Positions 19,260 to 29,408 of a stretch of DNA of 64,000 bases are shown piece after piece. This DNA is from an uncultured bacterium (lineage in GTDB: Bacteria > Patescibacteriota > Minisyncoccia > UBA6257 > GWB1-50-10). The stretch lies in the NCBI GenBank assembly GCA_903827975.1, contig CAIKKG010000031.1:3717-67716 (forward strand), in the 5' to 3' direction. The notes under the pieces are model-generated. The model was not told the DNA's origin and searched no databases. It saw nothing but the letters and a program-made list of their open reading frames with translations. The position numbers and the translations under genes are program-made. The first letter of the stretch is position 1. Every line of letters begins with the position of its first letter.

Positions 19260-20660
19260 TTATATTTCTGTTCTAAATTTATCCAAATGCTCCTCCTCTC
19301 CAAATATAGGAAGTCCAGATGGTGGACCAGCTTTCTTGCTTTCAACACGTCGCATATGTGGAGCCGTAAGAACAACGGAAGACGGCGGGTGAAATACAGT
19401 AGCTAACTCATCAATTGAAAGCTCAAAATACTTACTATCCAGATTCCAATCATAAAAGAAGGATGACAATATTCGTGCTGTGAATGTTTCTGGAGGGTTC
19501 TCCCTATTGCGAAGATTATGCAAAATGCGTTGCTTTCTGTATTCCAAGCGACTGTCACTGTTAACATGTGGCCAACTCCACTTATCTATTTTTGTTGCTG
19601 TTTCGGAATTTGCTTTAAATGAATTAAGTTTTGGAGATGCATACTGGTTAAATGCTCCTACAATTCCTCCTCGAGCAAATGCTGAACCGCTCTTCATAAG
19701 AGTTACTGGAGCTAAATAACAAATTCTTATTACTGTATTAAATGCTGACTTAGTTAGTTTTCTCTCAACGGCAGTCACAACCTCAGTCTTACCTGGAGTT
19801 GCTGGCAATGGAACTTTTACCTCACCAGCATCTACTAATTTCATCTCGCGAAGTTTATCTAAAATCTTCTCCCACTTTTCCGCCCAGTCCTTTGCAGATG
19901 GGGAGATAATAATCTGAACGCACGCAATCTCCTCATCATCTAATTTTCCCAAGACCTCAAGAAATACAGCTATCGGATCTGACTGCTTTTCAGCAGACTC
20001 AAAATCAGAAAATGTTTTTATAGGATAGGCGTCTTCTCTTCCGAGCTTCATCTCAGTCCCCCACAAATCCATCTCACGGGCATATAACTCAGCCGTAGAA
20101 GCCGGTAGATTACGCATGTAGTCCTTTACGTCAGCTATCTCAACATCTGGATAATTCGAGAAAAATGCAACCTCAACAAGGTGCCTATTCTTCTTCGGAA
20201 CTCTTATATAAAGATGAATCTCTCCACCAAATTTTACTATTTCAAGTGATGACCAAAGTGGCACCTCCCCATCAAGATACTTCTCATGTAAACTACCAGG
20301 CGAGTTTCCAAGCATGTGTAGAGACCCGAATACCTGTGCCATGGCCTTTGGACTCTTATCCATCTCGCGAGGAATTTGTATCTCTAATACTGAGTATTTT
20401 TCTGGGGACGCCTCACTGGCCTTAAAAAGCTGTTGCCTCCAATAAAGAAGTAACTCTCTAAATATTGGGAACAAAATGAAGAATGCCCAAAACCACCACG
20501 TATACAAAATGAACTCCCTTACTAAGGATAGTATGTTAACAGATGGAAATACTGGCGCGCTGGATACGAGCCCAAGAAGAGCAATAAAAAGCCACGCCTC
20601 CCAGTTGGAGAATAGTTCCACAAAAACCTCAATTGTATGCTCAAATATTTTACTAAACAT
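19260..20660 (-). CDS. Hypothetical membrane protein (three N-terminal TM helices plus a large soluble domain)
   Basis: Long ORF with coding-like composition, in an operon with the downstream genes. Confidence 0.45.
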   Translation of the reverse strand: MFSKIFEHTIEVFVELFSNWEAWLFIALLGLVSSAPVFPSVNILSLVREFILYTWWFWAFFILFPIFRELLLYWRQQLFKASEASPEKYSVLEIQIPREMDKSPKAMAQVFGSLHMLGNSPGSLHEKYLDGEVPLWSSLEIVKFGGEIHLYIRVPKKNRHLVEVAFFSNYPDVEIADVKDYMRNLPASTAELYAREMDLWGTEMKLGREDAYPIKTFSDFESAEKQSDPIAVFLEVLGKLDDEEIACVQIIISPSAKDWAEKWEKILDKLREMKLVDAGEVKVPLPATPGKTEVVTAVERKLTKSAFNTVIRICYLAPVTLMKSGSAFARGGIVGAFNQYASPKLNSFKANSETATKIDKWSWPHVNSDSRLEYRKQRILHNLRNRENPPETFTARILSSFFYDWNLDSKYFELSIDELATVFHPPSSVVLTAPHMRRVESKKAGPPSGLPIFGEEEHLDKFRTEI

Positions 20661-20792
20661 AATCTCTGTTTCTTTTTATATTCTATCACGGAAAATATTC
20701 AATGTCTTTTCCCCTAATCTTCGAAACTACTATTTAGGCGTATTAAGATATGTAAACACGAAGCCCCGCACTAGAAAGTGGGGGCTCGTATA

Positions 20793-21806
20793 TTATGCTT
20801 CCTTTATGTTGTACTTCCCGTCATCTAGGCGCTTAAAATGCTTCCTATTTTGAAGACTAAGAAGAATTGTATTTTCTTTCAAAAATCTCTGCTTATTAAC
20901 CATCGTTACAACCTCTCCAGACAATAACGGACCATTCTTCTTTAATAAGCTGACAATTACATCTCTAACTGTTCCGGCCTCAAACCCGTGTTCCTTCAAT
21001 CCATACATTCCGCGACCAACGAGTACAAAGCGGATATCCTTTATAAGTTCATTGTGTACTGTTTGCATATGTGCTTTTTTCTTATCAAGGCCGTATTCAT
21101 TAATAAACTTTGCAACACTTTCAAAGTGAAGTGGTTGCCCGTGCTTTTTTAAAACAAGATATGCCTTATCACGGATTGTCTTAGGCTCAATCTCAGGCCA
21201 CTCACGAAGCCCGACATCTCCGAAAACATTTACACCAAAATGCTTTGGGACTGAAAGAAAATGTGTAGATGAAAACTCCTTACATAGTGCAAGATAAGTC
21301 TTCTCGCGCAAAATCTGATTCTTATCACCAGCCTTAAAAAACTGGGTGATTTGTTTTGTAAAATCCAAAAACCTCTTTTTTTCCGTATCTCCTATATACC
21401 AGAATGCATTAAAACTATCATCCTCTTTGTGAAAAAGTGGTGAGCCAGCAGTAACAAAAATAAAGTGCAACTTTTGATCAATGTACTTAGTTTTTATTTC
21501 AGATATAGCCGCTTTTATCTCCTTTATAAACTCATCGTCACGTCTTACCCCATCAACAGACTCAAGATGCGCAATTGATAGATTAATAAGCTCTTTTGCA
21601 CCCTCGCGAACTCCAGCGCGAATTTTTCCTATTGTTTGTTCCTCTATCTGGCGCACGCGCTCACGCGTAATACCAAGCTCATCGCCTATCTCCTGCAATG
21701 TAGCGCGCTTTCCATTCTTCAAACCAAAGCGACCCGCGAGCACCTTGCGCTGCTTCGGGGTAAATCCTTCGAAAAGCTCATTGATGAATTGGTCTATGTT
21801 TAACAT
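20793..21806 (-). CDS. Putative DNA-binding regulator: N-terminal sigma-70 region-4-like HTH plus C-terminal HARE-HTH-like winged helix
   Basis: 'TLQEIGDELGITRERVRQIE' (sigma70 region 4.2-like) and C-terminal 'IRFVLVGRGMYGLKEHG' (HARE-HTH-like). Confidence 0.5.
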   Translation of the reverse strand: MLNIDQFINELFEGFTPKQRKVLAGRFGLKNGKRATLQEIGDELGITRERVRQIEEQTIGKIRAGVREGAKELINLSIAHLESVDGVRRDDEFIKEIKAAISEIKTKYIDQKLHFIFVTAGSPLFHKEDDSFNAFWYIGDTEKKRFLDFTKQITQFFKAGDKNQILREKTYLALCKEFSSTHFLSVPKHFGVNVFGDVGLREWPEIEPKTIRDKAYLVLKKHGQPLHFESVAKFINEYGLDKKKAHMQTVHNELIKDIRFVLVGRGMYGLKEHGFEAGTVRDVIVSLLKKNGPLLSGEVVTMVNKQRFLKENTILLSLQNRKHFKRLDDGKYNIKEA

Positions 21807-21954
21807 TGGTAATTTGTATTAATGATTGTGATATACCTTACTTATAATGTCAAGTTTGTTGCGCTTAAAAATCTACGTGGTTAATACTAAAAATCTGACT
21901 ATTCACACTTACAAAAAGTGCCCTCCAAAATTTGTGGGCACTTTTTGATAAAAA

Positions 21955-22860
21955 TTATTCACTCTTACTTCCCCACAAATAAAGTATGGGACTCGCAAGA
22001 AATATTGATGAATAAGTTCCAAATACTGTTCCAACTAATATTATTAGTATGAAATAGAATAGCGATGAAGGACCCAATAGTAGTAAAGCTATAAGAACAA
22101 TAATAAGAGTTAATGTCGTATTAATTGAGCGTACAAATGTTTCACGCACACTGATATTTATAATCTCTGCGAGAGTAAAATTCTTTCCTCTGTGTGTCAA
22201 AAGATTTTCTCTAATTCTGTCAAAAACAACAATCGTGTCGTGTACCGAGAAACCCATAACAACCAAAAGTGCGACTATGAAGTTTGTATCCATTTCAACA
22301 CCTTTATACCAACCAAGAAATGCCAAGAATCCAGTAGGAATTACCACGTCATGAAAAAGTGAGATAAGCGTTGCAAATCCATACTTCCATGATGAGATTG
22401 GTTTCGAAACCTTACGGAATGCATAGGCTATATAAAGTGAGATTCCGAGTAGCACAAATATAATTGCTTTTATTGAGCGGTTACGAAGTTCAATACCAAT
22501 AGTAGGACCGATGCTCGAAAAATTCTGCTCACTAAACTCACCAAGTTTTGCTAGCGCAGATTTATACTGTGAGTGTTGTGCTTCATCTAAACTTTTAATT
22601 CTTATAACAAATGTTCCATCTGAAGTTTGACGAACATAATTCTCCTTATCAGTAGAAAGACCGAGTAATACATTTTTTATCGAGTCACTTGTTACTTCTG
22701 AATTAGAAAATTTAATCTCCCACTGAGTTCCTCCGCGCAAATCAATTCCCTGCTTAATACCTAGAGTTGCGACAAGAATTACGCTTAGCGCCATCATCAC
22801 TAGAGAAAAGCCTAGGAATATATTTCTATTTTCAATTAATTTAAAGTTTTTCATATTCAT
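21955..22860 (-). CDS. secF: Protein translocase subunit SecF
   Basis: 6-TM SecF architecture directly downstream of secD. Confidence 0.85.
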   Translation of the reverse strand: MNMKNFKLIENRNIFLGFSLVMMALSVILVATLGIKQGIDLRGGTQWEIKFSNSEVTSDSIKNVLLGLSTDKENYVRQTSDGTFVIRIKSLDEAQHSQYKSALAKLGEFSEQNFSSIGPTIGIELRNRSIKAIIFVLLGISLYIAYAFRKVSKPISSWKYGFATLISLFHDVVIPTGFLAFLGWYKGVEMDTNFIVALLVVMGFSVHDTIVVFDRIRENLLTHRGKNFTLAEIINISVRETFVRSINTTLTLIIVLIALLLLGPSSLFYFILIILVGTVFGTYSSIFLASPILYLWGSKSE

Positions 22861-24122
22861 TATTTAAGGAAGGCGCGCAACATAAGTCGCGTCGTTGTTA
22901 TTGCACTAAACAGACTGAGCACAACACCAATGAAAAGCGAGAGAGCAAATCCCTGCACAAAACTTGATGTGAAGAAATAAAGCACTCCAGCCGTTATCAT
23001 TGTTGAAACATTCGAGTCTCTGATTGATGTCCACGCCCTACGAAATCCCTCTTCAATAGCAGCCGCATGCGGAATTCCCTTCTTCAACTCCTCCTTGGTC
23101 CTCTCGAACACGAGTATGTTTGCGTCAACTGCCATACCTATTGAAAGAATGAATCCTGCAATACCTGAAAGTGTCATTGTGATTGGAATGAGCTTGAACA
23201 CACTCATTGTTATTGCCGTGTAAATAAGAAGCGCAATGGAAGCAAATATTCCAAGTGTTCGGTAATAAATAAGCATGAAAAGCATTACCGCAAGAGTTCC
23301 AATCACGCCAGCAAATATTGCCTTACCAAGCGAATCCTGACCAAAATCGGATCCGATTGTCTGCTGATTAACGAGTGTTATAGGAGCAGGTAGTGCGCCG
23401 GCATTAAATCGCTCCACAATCTGACTTGCTCGTGTAATGGTAAATTGTCCAGTAATTCGCGCTTTTCCACCTGAAATCTTACTCTGTACACGAGGACAGC
23501 TGTCTTGAAAATTATCCGAGATTATCGGCTGACCATCAATGAAAAGACAGATTGGTTTGCCAATATTTTTTGCTGTTATATTTTCAAATAATACAGCACC
23601 CTCATCATTCAAAGAAAAATCAATCTCGGGAATTCCAGTATTAGCATCGCGTCCAACCTGAGCACTATTAACGTAGCGCCCTGTTAAGGCTGTTGGAATA
23701 AATGCTACTGAACTTGTAGATTTTTCATCCTGCTGTACTTCTCTGAATTCCAAAAATGGTGTCTGCCCTATCATCTTGATTGCCTGGTTTATGTCCTTTA
23801 TGCCGGCAAGCTCAACTACAAGACGATCACTTTTTCCAACTTTCTCGGTATACACCTTTGGTTCTGCGACACCAAAAAGATTTACGCGCTTCTCAATGAC
23901 ATCGCGAAGACCGCGTACAACAGAATCTTTTTCCGCATCTTTTACATTACTAACGTCAATTTCATAAACCAAAGATGAACCTCCAGCAAGGTCCAATCCA
24001 AGGCTCCATGGCCTGAATGAACTTATTTTTTGCCACAATGGCTCATACGAAAAAACGCCGGCAACGACCGACACGGCGACAATAAGCGTCAAAAACGCAA
24101 CAATCCTCTTTCGTTCATGCAT
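22860..24122 (-). CDS. secD: Protein translocase subunit SecD (start chosen at the ATG for MHERKRIV; the tracker ORF begins at an upstream TTG at 24161)
   Basis: SecD family similarity, large periplasmic domain plus C-terminal TM bundle. Confidence 0.8.
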   Translation of the reverse strand: MHERKRIVAFLTLIVAVSVVAGVFSYEPLWQKISSFRPWSLGLDLAGGSSLVYEIDVSNVKDAEKDSVVRGLRDVIEKRVNLFGVAEPKVYTEKVGKSDRLVVELAGIKDINQAIKMIGQTPFLEFREVQQDEKSTSSVAFIPTALTGRYVNSAQVGRDANTGIPEIDFSLNDEGAVLFENITAKNIGKPICLFIDGQPIISDNFQDSCPRVQSKISGGKARITGQFTITRASQIVERFNAGALPAPITLVNQQTIGSDFGQDSLGKAIFAGVIGTLAVMLFMLIYYRTLGIFASIALLIYTAITMSVFKLIPITMTLSGIAGFILSIGMAVDANILVFERTKEELKKGIPHAAAIEEGFRRAWTSIRDSNVSTMITAGVLYFFTSSFVQGFALSLFIGVVLSLFSAITTTRLMLRAFLK

Positions 24123-24159
24123 AATGAAATCAAGTTTATCCCATAAAAAATACAAAATC

Positions 24160-24192
24160 AACTAATAAAAAGCCCCCATTACTGGGGGCGTA
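24160..24192 (-). terminator. Terminator of the 153-aa orphan gene
   Basis: GCCCCCA-ttac-TGGGGGC followed by a T-run on the minus strand. Confidence 0.6.
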
Positions 24193-24196
24193 AAAA

Positions 24197-24658
24197 CTAC
24201 TTAACATTACTAAAAAAACTAAGACATAGGCCAGTCGTCTTGCAGACATAGAACCTAGGGTGAATCTCGCCAATCGCTTCACAAACGCTGAGCGTCTGAG
24301 TCTCAAAACGCGAATCACACGGCATTAGGTTATTCTCTGCAAATGCGGCCATTGCCTCATTGCGAGTAATAAATAAGCCGACAATCTTAGATGTGTGACC
24401 ACCCCAAAATCGCCTATCAATGAGCTCAATACGTCGCTCTATTCTTGATGGCGCAAAAGGAATCTCACTCTTTATTTTTGCGTAGTTATACATAACCACA
24501 CAACTGGTGATGGCAACCATGTTACCGCCATGTAATGATGAGCCCACTGTAATCTGGCTCTCTCCTTTCAGGGCGATTTTTGCAACCACCGGAACTCCAT
24601 TAGTAAAAGACACCCGATACAAGGATGTCACTGTGACCACATAGAATGTTCTTATCAT
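24197..24658 (-). CDS. Hypothetical 153-aa protein, mildly GC-elevated, with its own promoter, SD and terminator
   Basis: Upstream TTGACG-17-TATTCT and GGAGGaacaATG; no family recognised. Confidence 0.45.
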   Translation of the reverse strand: MIRTFYVVTVTSLYRVSFTNGVPVVAKIALKGESQITVGSSLHGGNMVAITSCVVMYNYAKIKSEIPFAPSRIERRIELIDRRFWGGHTSKIVGLFITRNEAMAAFAENNLMPCDSRFETQTLSVCEAIGEIHPRFYVCKTTGLCLSFFSNVK

Positions 24659-24719
24659 TGTTCCTCCATGAGATGTGCTGAAAATAGAATACTATTATTC
24701 TATCATTGCGTCAAGGAGT

Positions 24720-25589
24720 CTATACTTTCTTTTTAAACGCCTGTACTAACCTTATAGGATCAACAGGAACCGAGTTTACCTTTACAGACAAATGAAGATG
24801 AGGACCAGTTGCATAGCCAGTGTGACCAAGCAGGCCAATCACATCACCGCGCTCAACTATATCATTTGACTTAACATTTATTTTTTTCAAATGCATATAA
24901 AGCGAATAGATTCCCTCTCCGTGATCTACGATGATTGTATTGCCGTATACTGTGTCAAAATAAGTACTAACAACAACTCCTCCACTCATTACGCCAACTG
25001 AAGCACCCTCCCTCCCTTTTAAATCAATTCCCCAGTGATGAAGTACTGAGCTTCCAGTTTGCCTTATCTCACCAAAAGTACTTGTTATTTTTGAATTATC
25101 ATACAACGGCAAGCCAAACGCCCTATCAAAATAAACTTTAGGAGTCTCATTTTTTACCACAGAATCTATACTTACCTTCTGCTCACCAAGTTTTGTTAAA
25201 AGTCCGCCAGTTGTTAATCCAAGATCCTCAGGAATACCAAGCACAACTTTATCGAATTTTCTGGCGCGTATAACTATTTTTCTACTAAACGCCTCCTTAG
25301 TATCAAATAAAACGGATAGTGTATATGAGCCAGCTTTCTGTAGTGCTGGAATAGGAATTACTACAGTTTTTGAATCACGATAACTAAAAAATGTAAGTGG
25401 CTTATCTAAAAATGTTCCTGACTTAGGAATTGCACTACCTTTAAATGAAACTAGAAGTGTATCCCCTTGATATGGCGATGAATCGGAAACAACCGCAGTA
25501 AATCCTGTGGCCTGCGCCTGTCCAACAAACGCAAACATAAAAATACCTATATAAAAAGCTATTCTCTGCATATTAATATTGTAACTCAA
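24720..25589 (-). CDS. M23-family metallopeptidase (secreted)
   Basis: 'LGHTGYATGPHLHLSV' HxH M23 motif; N-terminal signal peptide. Confidence 0.8.
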   Translation of the reverse strand: MSYNINMQRIAFYIGIFMFAFVGQAQATGFTAVVSDSSPYQGDTLLVSFKGSAIPKSGTFLDKPLTFFSYRDSKTVVIPIPALQKAGSYTLSVLFDTKEAFSRKIVIRARKFDKVVLGIPEDLGLTTGGLLTKLGEQKVSIDSVVKNETPKVYFDRAFGLPLYDNSKITSTFGEIRQTGSSVLHHWGIDLKGREGASVGVMSGGVVVSTYFDTVYGNTIIVDHGEGIYSLYMHLKKINVKSNDIVERGDVIGLLGHTGYATGPHLHLSVKVNSVPVDPIRLVQAFKKKV

Positions 25590-25625
25590 ATAAAGAAAAA
25601 CTCACCATAAGAAAACGAGCAATCT

Positions 25626-26540
25626 CTACTCTCTAAACAATGGTAATGTTGAGCAACGTAACAAACCGCCCATTTTAGAAATCTCGTTATACGGTATTTT
25701 TTCAACTATAAAGCCCCACTCCTTTTCCAAAAAATTATTAAGGCGGGTAAAATTCTGCTCTGTCACAACAATATTTGGTGAGATAGAAAAAATATTTGGT
25801 GTCATATGATACATTTCTTCTTCTGTAACATGAAAAATATTATCTTTCCCAAATATTTCAAGAACAGTTTCGTAATCCTCCAAATCTCTGAATCCTTCTT
25901 TATAAATAATTGCCTTATTATTCCCAATCGGCTGAAACGCACAGTCTAGGTGCAGAACTCCTTTATGTGGGTTCTCGTCATTTTTTACAAGACTGAAATC
26001 CAAAACCTTTTTATGAGGGAATAATTCGCGCAAAAAATTTACGCCATGGCTATTTGTCCTGGCTGTTTTATATTTTCCATAATCACCTCCCTTATAAGTT
26101 CCAACAAAAAGAAAATCATTATATAAAACAACATCCCCGCCCTCTATATGCGCACTCTCAGGAAGGTTGAAAATCTTATTAAATGCGGCTGACTTAAAAA
26201 TAAAATCATAGGCCTCTTGCTCGTCTTCTCTGTCAGGAAAAATGTTTGAAATAATTATTTTGTCGTCAATTACAAAACCTACATCTCTCGCAAAAACCTG
26301 ATTACAATTTGGAATAACCCATGGTCTAAAAACATGAACGTCATATTTTTTTAATACATCATCGAAGCCAGTCATTTCCTTAGAAATCGCTTCTTCTGTT
26401 GGGTATATTTTTTTTAAAACTGATTCTCGTGATTTTGCATCATATGTCTGCTCAAGCGTGGGATTTTTACCCATCGATTTAGGTTGGCCCAATACTACAC
26501 TTTTCAACCTACCCGTCTCGTTTGTTACATGAAGCAACAT
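25626..26540 (-). CDS. Amidinotransferase-superfamily enzyme (arginine deiminase / DDAH-like)
   Basis: C-terminal 'GGLLRCSTLPL' catalytic Cys motif of the guanidino-modifying fold; start at ATG (MLLHVTN) placed downstream of a TTGGAA-17-CATAAT promoter. Confidence 0.6.
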   Translation of the reverse strand: MLLHVTNETGRLKSVVLGQPKSMGKNPTLEQTYDAKSRESVLKKIYPTEEAISKEMTGFDDVLKKYDVHVFRPWVIPNCNQVFARDVGFVIDDKIIISNIFPDREDEQEAYDFIFKSAAFNKIFNLPESAHIEGGDVVLYNDFLFVGTYKGGDYGKYKTARTNSHGVNFLRELFPHKKVLDFSLVKNDENPHKGVLHLDCAFQPIGNNKAIIYKEGFRDLEDYETVLEIFGKDNIFHVTEEEMYHMTPNIFSISPNIVVTEQNFTRLNNFLEKEWGFIVEKIPYNEISKMGGLLRCSTLPLFRE

Positions 26541-26604
26541 AGTTTTAATTGAAGGTATTATGCTAAGGCAAGATAAAACTTCCAATACATTGATTGTAGC
26601 CCAA

Positions 26605-26640
26605 ATAAAGAAAAACCCCCACTAAAAAGTGGGGGTGTTG
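26605..26640 (-). terminator. Terminator downstream of tgt
   Basis: ACCCCCAC-ttttt-AGTGGGGGT followed by a T-run. Confidence 0.65.
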
Positions 26641-26642
26641 TA

Positions 26643-27875
26643 TTACTTCTTTTTCTCAATTCGCTTAAGCATTTCTTCTTTATACTCAGGGAATCTATCT
26701 TCCATTATTGATTGCCTAATCTTTCCCATAAGCTCATTGAAAAAATAGACATTGTGTAGTGTTGCAAGTCGCCCACCCTCTCGGTCTTTATTTTTGAAAA
26801 GCTCATATAGCTTTGCGCGAGTAAGACCATCGACACATGCGGGACAAACACAACCTTCTAAAAGAGGCGCCTCGATATTTTTGTTCGAACCCTTAGTTAC
26901 ATCGTAGCGTCCATCATAGGTCCAGATTCCTCCGTGACGCGCCTCACGCGTTGGAATAACACAATCGAATGTATCAACTCCACGCTGAACACCTTCGAAA
27001 ATATCACGAATCTGACCAATACCTAGTAGGTGCCTAGACTTGTCCTCTGGAAGATAAGGCATGCTCCACTCGAGCACTTTATACATATCCTCTTTAGAAT
27101 TTCCAAGCGAGCCACCTATTGCGAAACCATCAAACGGCATTGAGCCAATTATGCGCGCACTTTCCCTTCGTAAATCTTCAAACGCACCACCCTGTACTAT
27201 GCCGTATAAAAGTTGCTTAGGTCGTGCCTTCAACTCGAGGCAAAGCTTTGCCCATCTGTGCGTGCGATTCATAGCCCACTTGGTATACCAATAACCATGA
27301 CGTGGGGACGTACACTCATCAAACGCAAGAATAATATCAGCGCCTAGTTTTTCCTGAATCCTTATTGATTTTTCCGCATCAAGAAATACGAATTTTTTAT
27401 CACCATAATTCTCATCCTTAAAATATGCGCCCCATGGCATAACGCGAACAGAATTTCGCGAATTAGTTATGCCGAGCCAAATACGTATCTGGAGAAATAA
27501 ATCAGAAAAAAATCCTGGCGTTGAATTACTTTCAGGAAAAAATCCTACCTTTGAAACCTCATGTTCACGTCCAAATCCAAGTGAAAAAACTTGGAACCCC
27601 CCTGAATCTGTCGCAATTATGCCATCATACTGCATGACATCATGAAGCCCTTTAAATTGGGGTAGCTTATCACCAAGGCCACGCCAAAGGTGATAAGTAT
27701 TAGAAATAATAATGCCTGTTTTTGTTTTGATGAGATCCTCAGGCTCAAGTGTAATTACTTTTGCGCGAGTTCCAACCATAGTAAAAGCAGGAGTTTCTAA
27801 TCTCCCTCCATGCGGAACTGTTAAGGTGCCTACTCTCGCGAGTGTCCTTTTGTCTTTCTTTACTATTTGAAACAT
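26643..27875 (-). CDS. tgt: Queuine tRNA-ribosyltransferase
   Basis: 'TPAFTMVGT', 'ISNTYHLW', Zn site 'CVCPACVDG...H'; start ATG preceded by GAGGAGG (the tracker began at an upstream GTG). Confidence 0.85.
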   Translation of the reverse strand: MFQIVKKDKRTLARVGTLTVPHGGRLETPAFTMVGTRAKVITLEPEDLIKTKTGIIISNTYHLWRGLGDKLPQFKGLHDVMQYDGIIATDSGGFQVFSLGFGREHEVSKVGFFPESNSTPGFFSDLFLQIRIWLGITNSRNSVRVMPWGAYFKDENYGDKKFVFLDAEKSIRIQEKLGADIILAFDECTSPRHGYWYTKWAMNRTHRWAKLCLELKARPKQLLYGIVQGGAFEDLRRESARIIGSMPFDGFAIGGSLGNSKEDMYKVLEWSMPYLPEDKSRHLLGIGQIRDIFEGVQRGVDTFDCVIPTREARHGGIWTYDGRYDVTKGSNKNIEAPLLEGCVCPACVDGLTRAKLYELFKNKDREGGRLATLHNVYFFNELMGKIRQSIMEDRFPEYKEEMLKRIEKKK

Positions 27876-28008
27876 AGATTCCTCCTCTTTTGAGAGCAAC
27901 ACTAATTTACAATAAATATTCTAATAAGTAAATAAAAAGTCTAAGTACATAGACAAAAACGGTTATTTATTATATAATTTCAGCAGAAACTTTCCACAAG
28001 GAGCTAGG

Positions 28009-28479
28009 ATGATTAAATATATGTTGGCTGATTATGGGTTTGTTGCCATAGATAAACTCGATGGCTCAAGAACGTTTGCAGACGCAAAAGACATTTTTAG
28101 AGATATAGATACAAATTTTCAAAGCTGGGGCCTGAATACAAAGTACACAGGAACACTGAAAATGCGCGCCCATGTTTATGCACTCGCTCTTGATTCTTCA
28201 ACTAAAAGAATGTTCGAAACGATTTCATCCAATCTAAACGAACTAGTACTAACACCGCATCAGGTTATCTGGTTATGTACTCACCGTCCTGATATATTAG
28301 CAAAAAAAGAAGGTAATACGTTTTTTCTTCTTGAATCATACGGACGCTTCTTCGTTGTCTATATTACTGTCACCTCAGGAGGGTCTCTCTGGCTTAGAGT
28401 AACGCGATTCTCTATGCTAAACCCAGAAATCTGGAATGGTAGAAATGGACACAGAATTGTAGTAAAAGAAAGTGCATAA
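28009..28479 (+). CDS. Hypothetical protein (156 aa)
   Basis: AAGGAG SD 7 nt upstream; terminator downstream; no family recognised. Confidence 0.45.
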   Translation: MIKYMLADYGFVAIDKLDGSRTFADAKDIFRDIDTNFQSWGLNTKYTGTLKMRAHVYALALDSSTKRMFETISSNLNELVLTPHQVIWLCTHRPDILAKKEGNTFFLLESYGRFFVVYITVTSGGSLWLRVTRFSMLNPEIWNGRNGHRIVVKESA

Positions 28480-28480
28480 A

Positions 28481-28510
28481 AAAAGCCCCGTCAATGACGG
28501 GGCTTTTAAA
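28481..28510 (+). terminator. Rho-independent terminator
   Basis: GCCCCGTC-aatg-ACGGGGC followed by TTTT. Confidence 0.65.
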
Positions 28511-28558
28511 AACTTATTTTTACTTATAAATAATAATGCGCACTTTGTTGAATTTGAA

Positions 28559-29044
28559 TTACTTTACTCCCAATAATTCAACCTCAAAAATAAGTGTTGA
28601 GTTTGCAGGAATTAGTCCATTTCCAACCTCTCGTGCTCCGTATGCGAGCCCTGAAGGAATTGTGAGCTTCCTCTTTCCGCCAACCTTCATACCAACAACA
28701 CCCTCATCCCAACCCTTTATTACCTGACCGGCGCCAAGATCAAAAGAAAATGGTTCACCTCTATCAAGAGAGCTATCAAACTTTTTTCCATCTGTAAGAG
28801 TGCCAGTGTAATGAACGCTGACTTTTTTTCCTGCAACCGCCTCGGCTCCTGTACCAATCACCTCGTCTGTCATCTGCAATCCGCCTGCTGTTGTTATTGT
28901 CATGCTATTAGTTTTTCCTGTTGTACTGTTAGTTTTTTCTGCAATGCTAGGTTTTTTCGTAACCTTGTATGCCACACCGACAATGGCAATTATAAGAACA
29001 ATAATAAACCCGATGAATACCTTACCATCTTTATTTATTTCCAT
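28559..29044 (-). CDS. FKBP-type peptidyl-prolyl cis-trans isomerase, membrane-anchored
   Basis: '[18 protein letters not shown]...[32 protein letters not shown]' FKBP signature; start placed at MEINKDGK before the TM helix. Confidence 0.8.
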   Translation of the reverse strand: MEINKDGKVFIGFIIVLIIAIVGVAYKVTKKPSIAEKTNSTTGKTNSMTITTAGGLQMTDEVIGTGAEAVAGKKVSVHYTGTLTDGKKFDSSLDRGEPFSFDLGAGQVIKGWDEGVVGMKVGGKRKLTIPSGLAYGAREVGNGLIPANSTLIFEVELLGVK

Positions 29045-29057
29045 GTTGAAAATAATA

Positions 29058-29408
29058 TCATAAGGCGTCTTGAAGTGCCAAGATGTCACCAATAGATGTT
29101 CCGGTACTGTCCAGCGTTCCAGCTGGTAATTCGATAACATTGTTAAATCTTGGATTCCAAAAAAAGAATTTCCCAGGTGCAATATCCTTCTTAATCTTTA
29201 CAACGCGGAAATCAGAATCTAGTAACGCGCAATCTATTGAGAAACGCATTCCAAAAGTATGGATACCAAACCGTGTTTTCAAAAATAAAGACTTCGGCAC
29301 AACATCATTTAAGAGTCCAACACCCCTCTCCGATATTGTGCGCGCGACACCTATTCGCTCTGCCAGCACGCAATCCTTCGATATATTAACTAACTTCCTT
29401 TGAAGCAT
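29058..29408 (-). CDS. DUF192 / COG1430-like protein
   Basis: '[23 protein letters not shown]' resembles the DUF192 core. Confidence 0.45.
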   Translation of the reverse strand: MLQRKLVNISKDCVLAERIGVARTISERGVGLLNDVVPKSLFLKTRFGIHTFGMRFSIDCALLDSDFRVVKIKKDIAPGKFFFWNPRFNNVIELPAGTLDSTGTSIGDILALQDAL

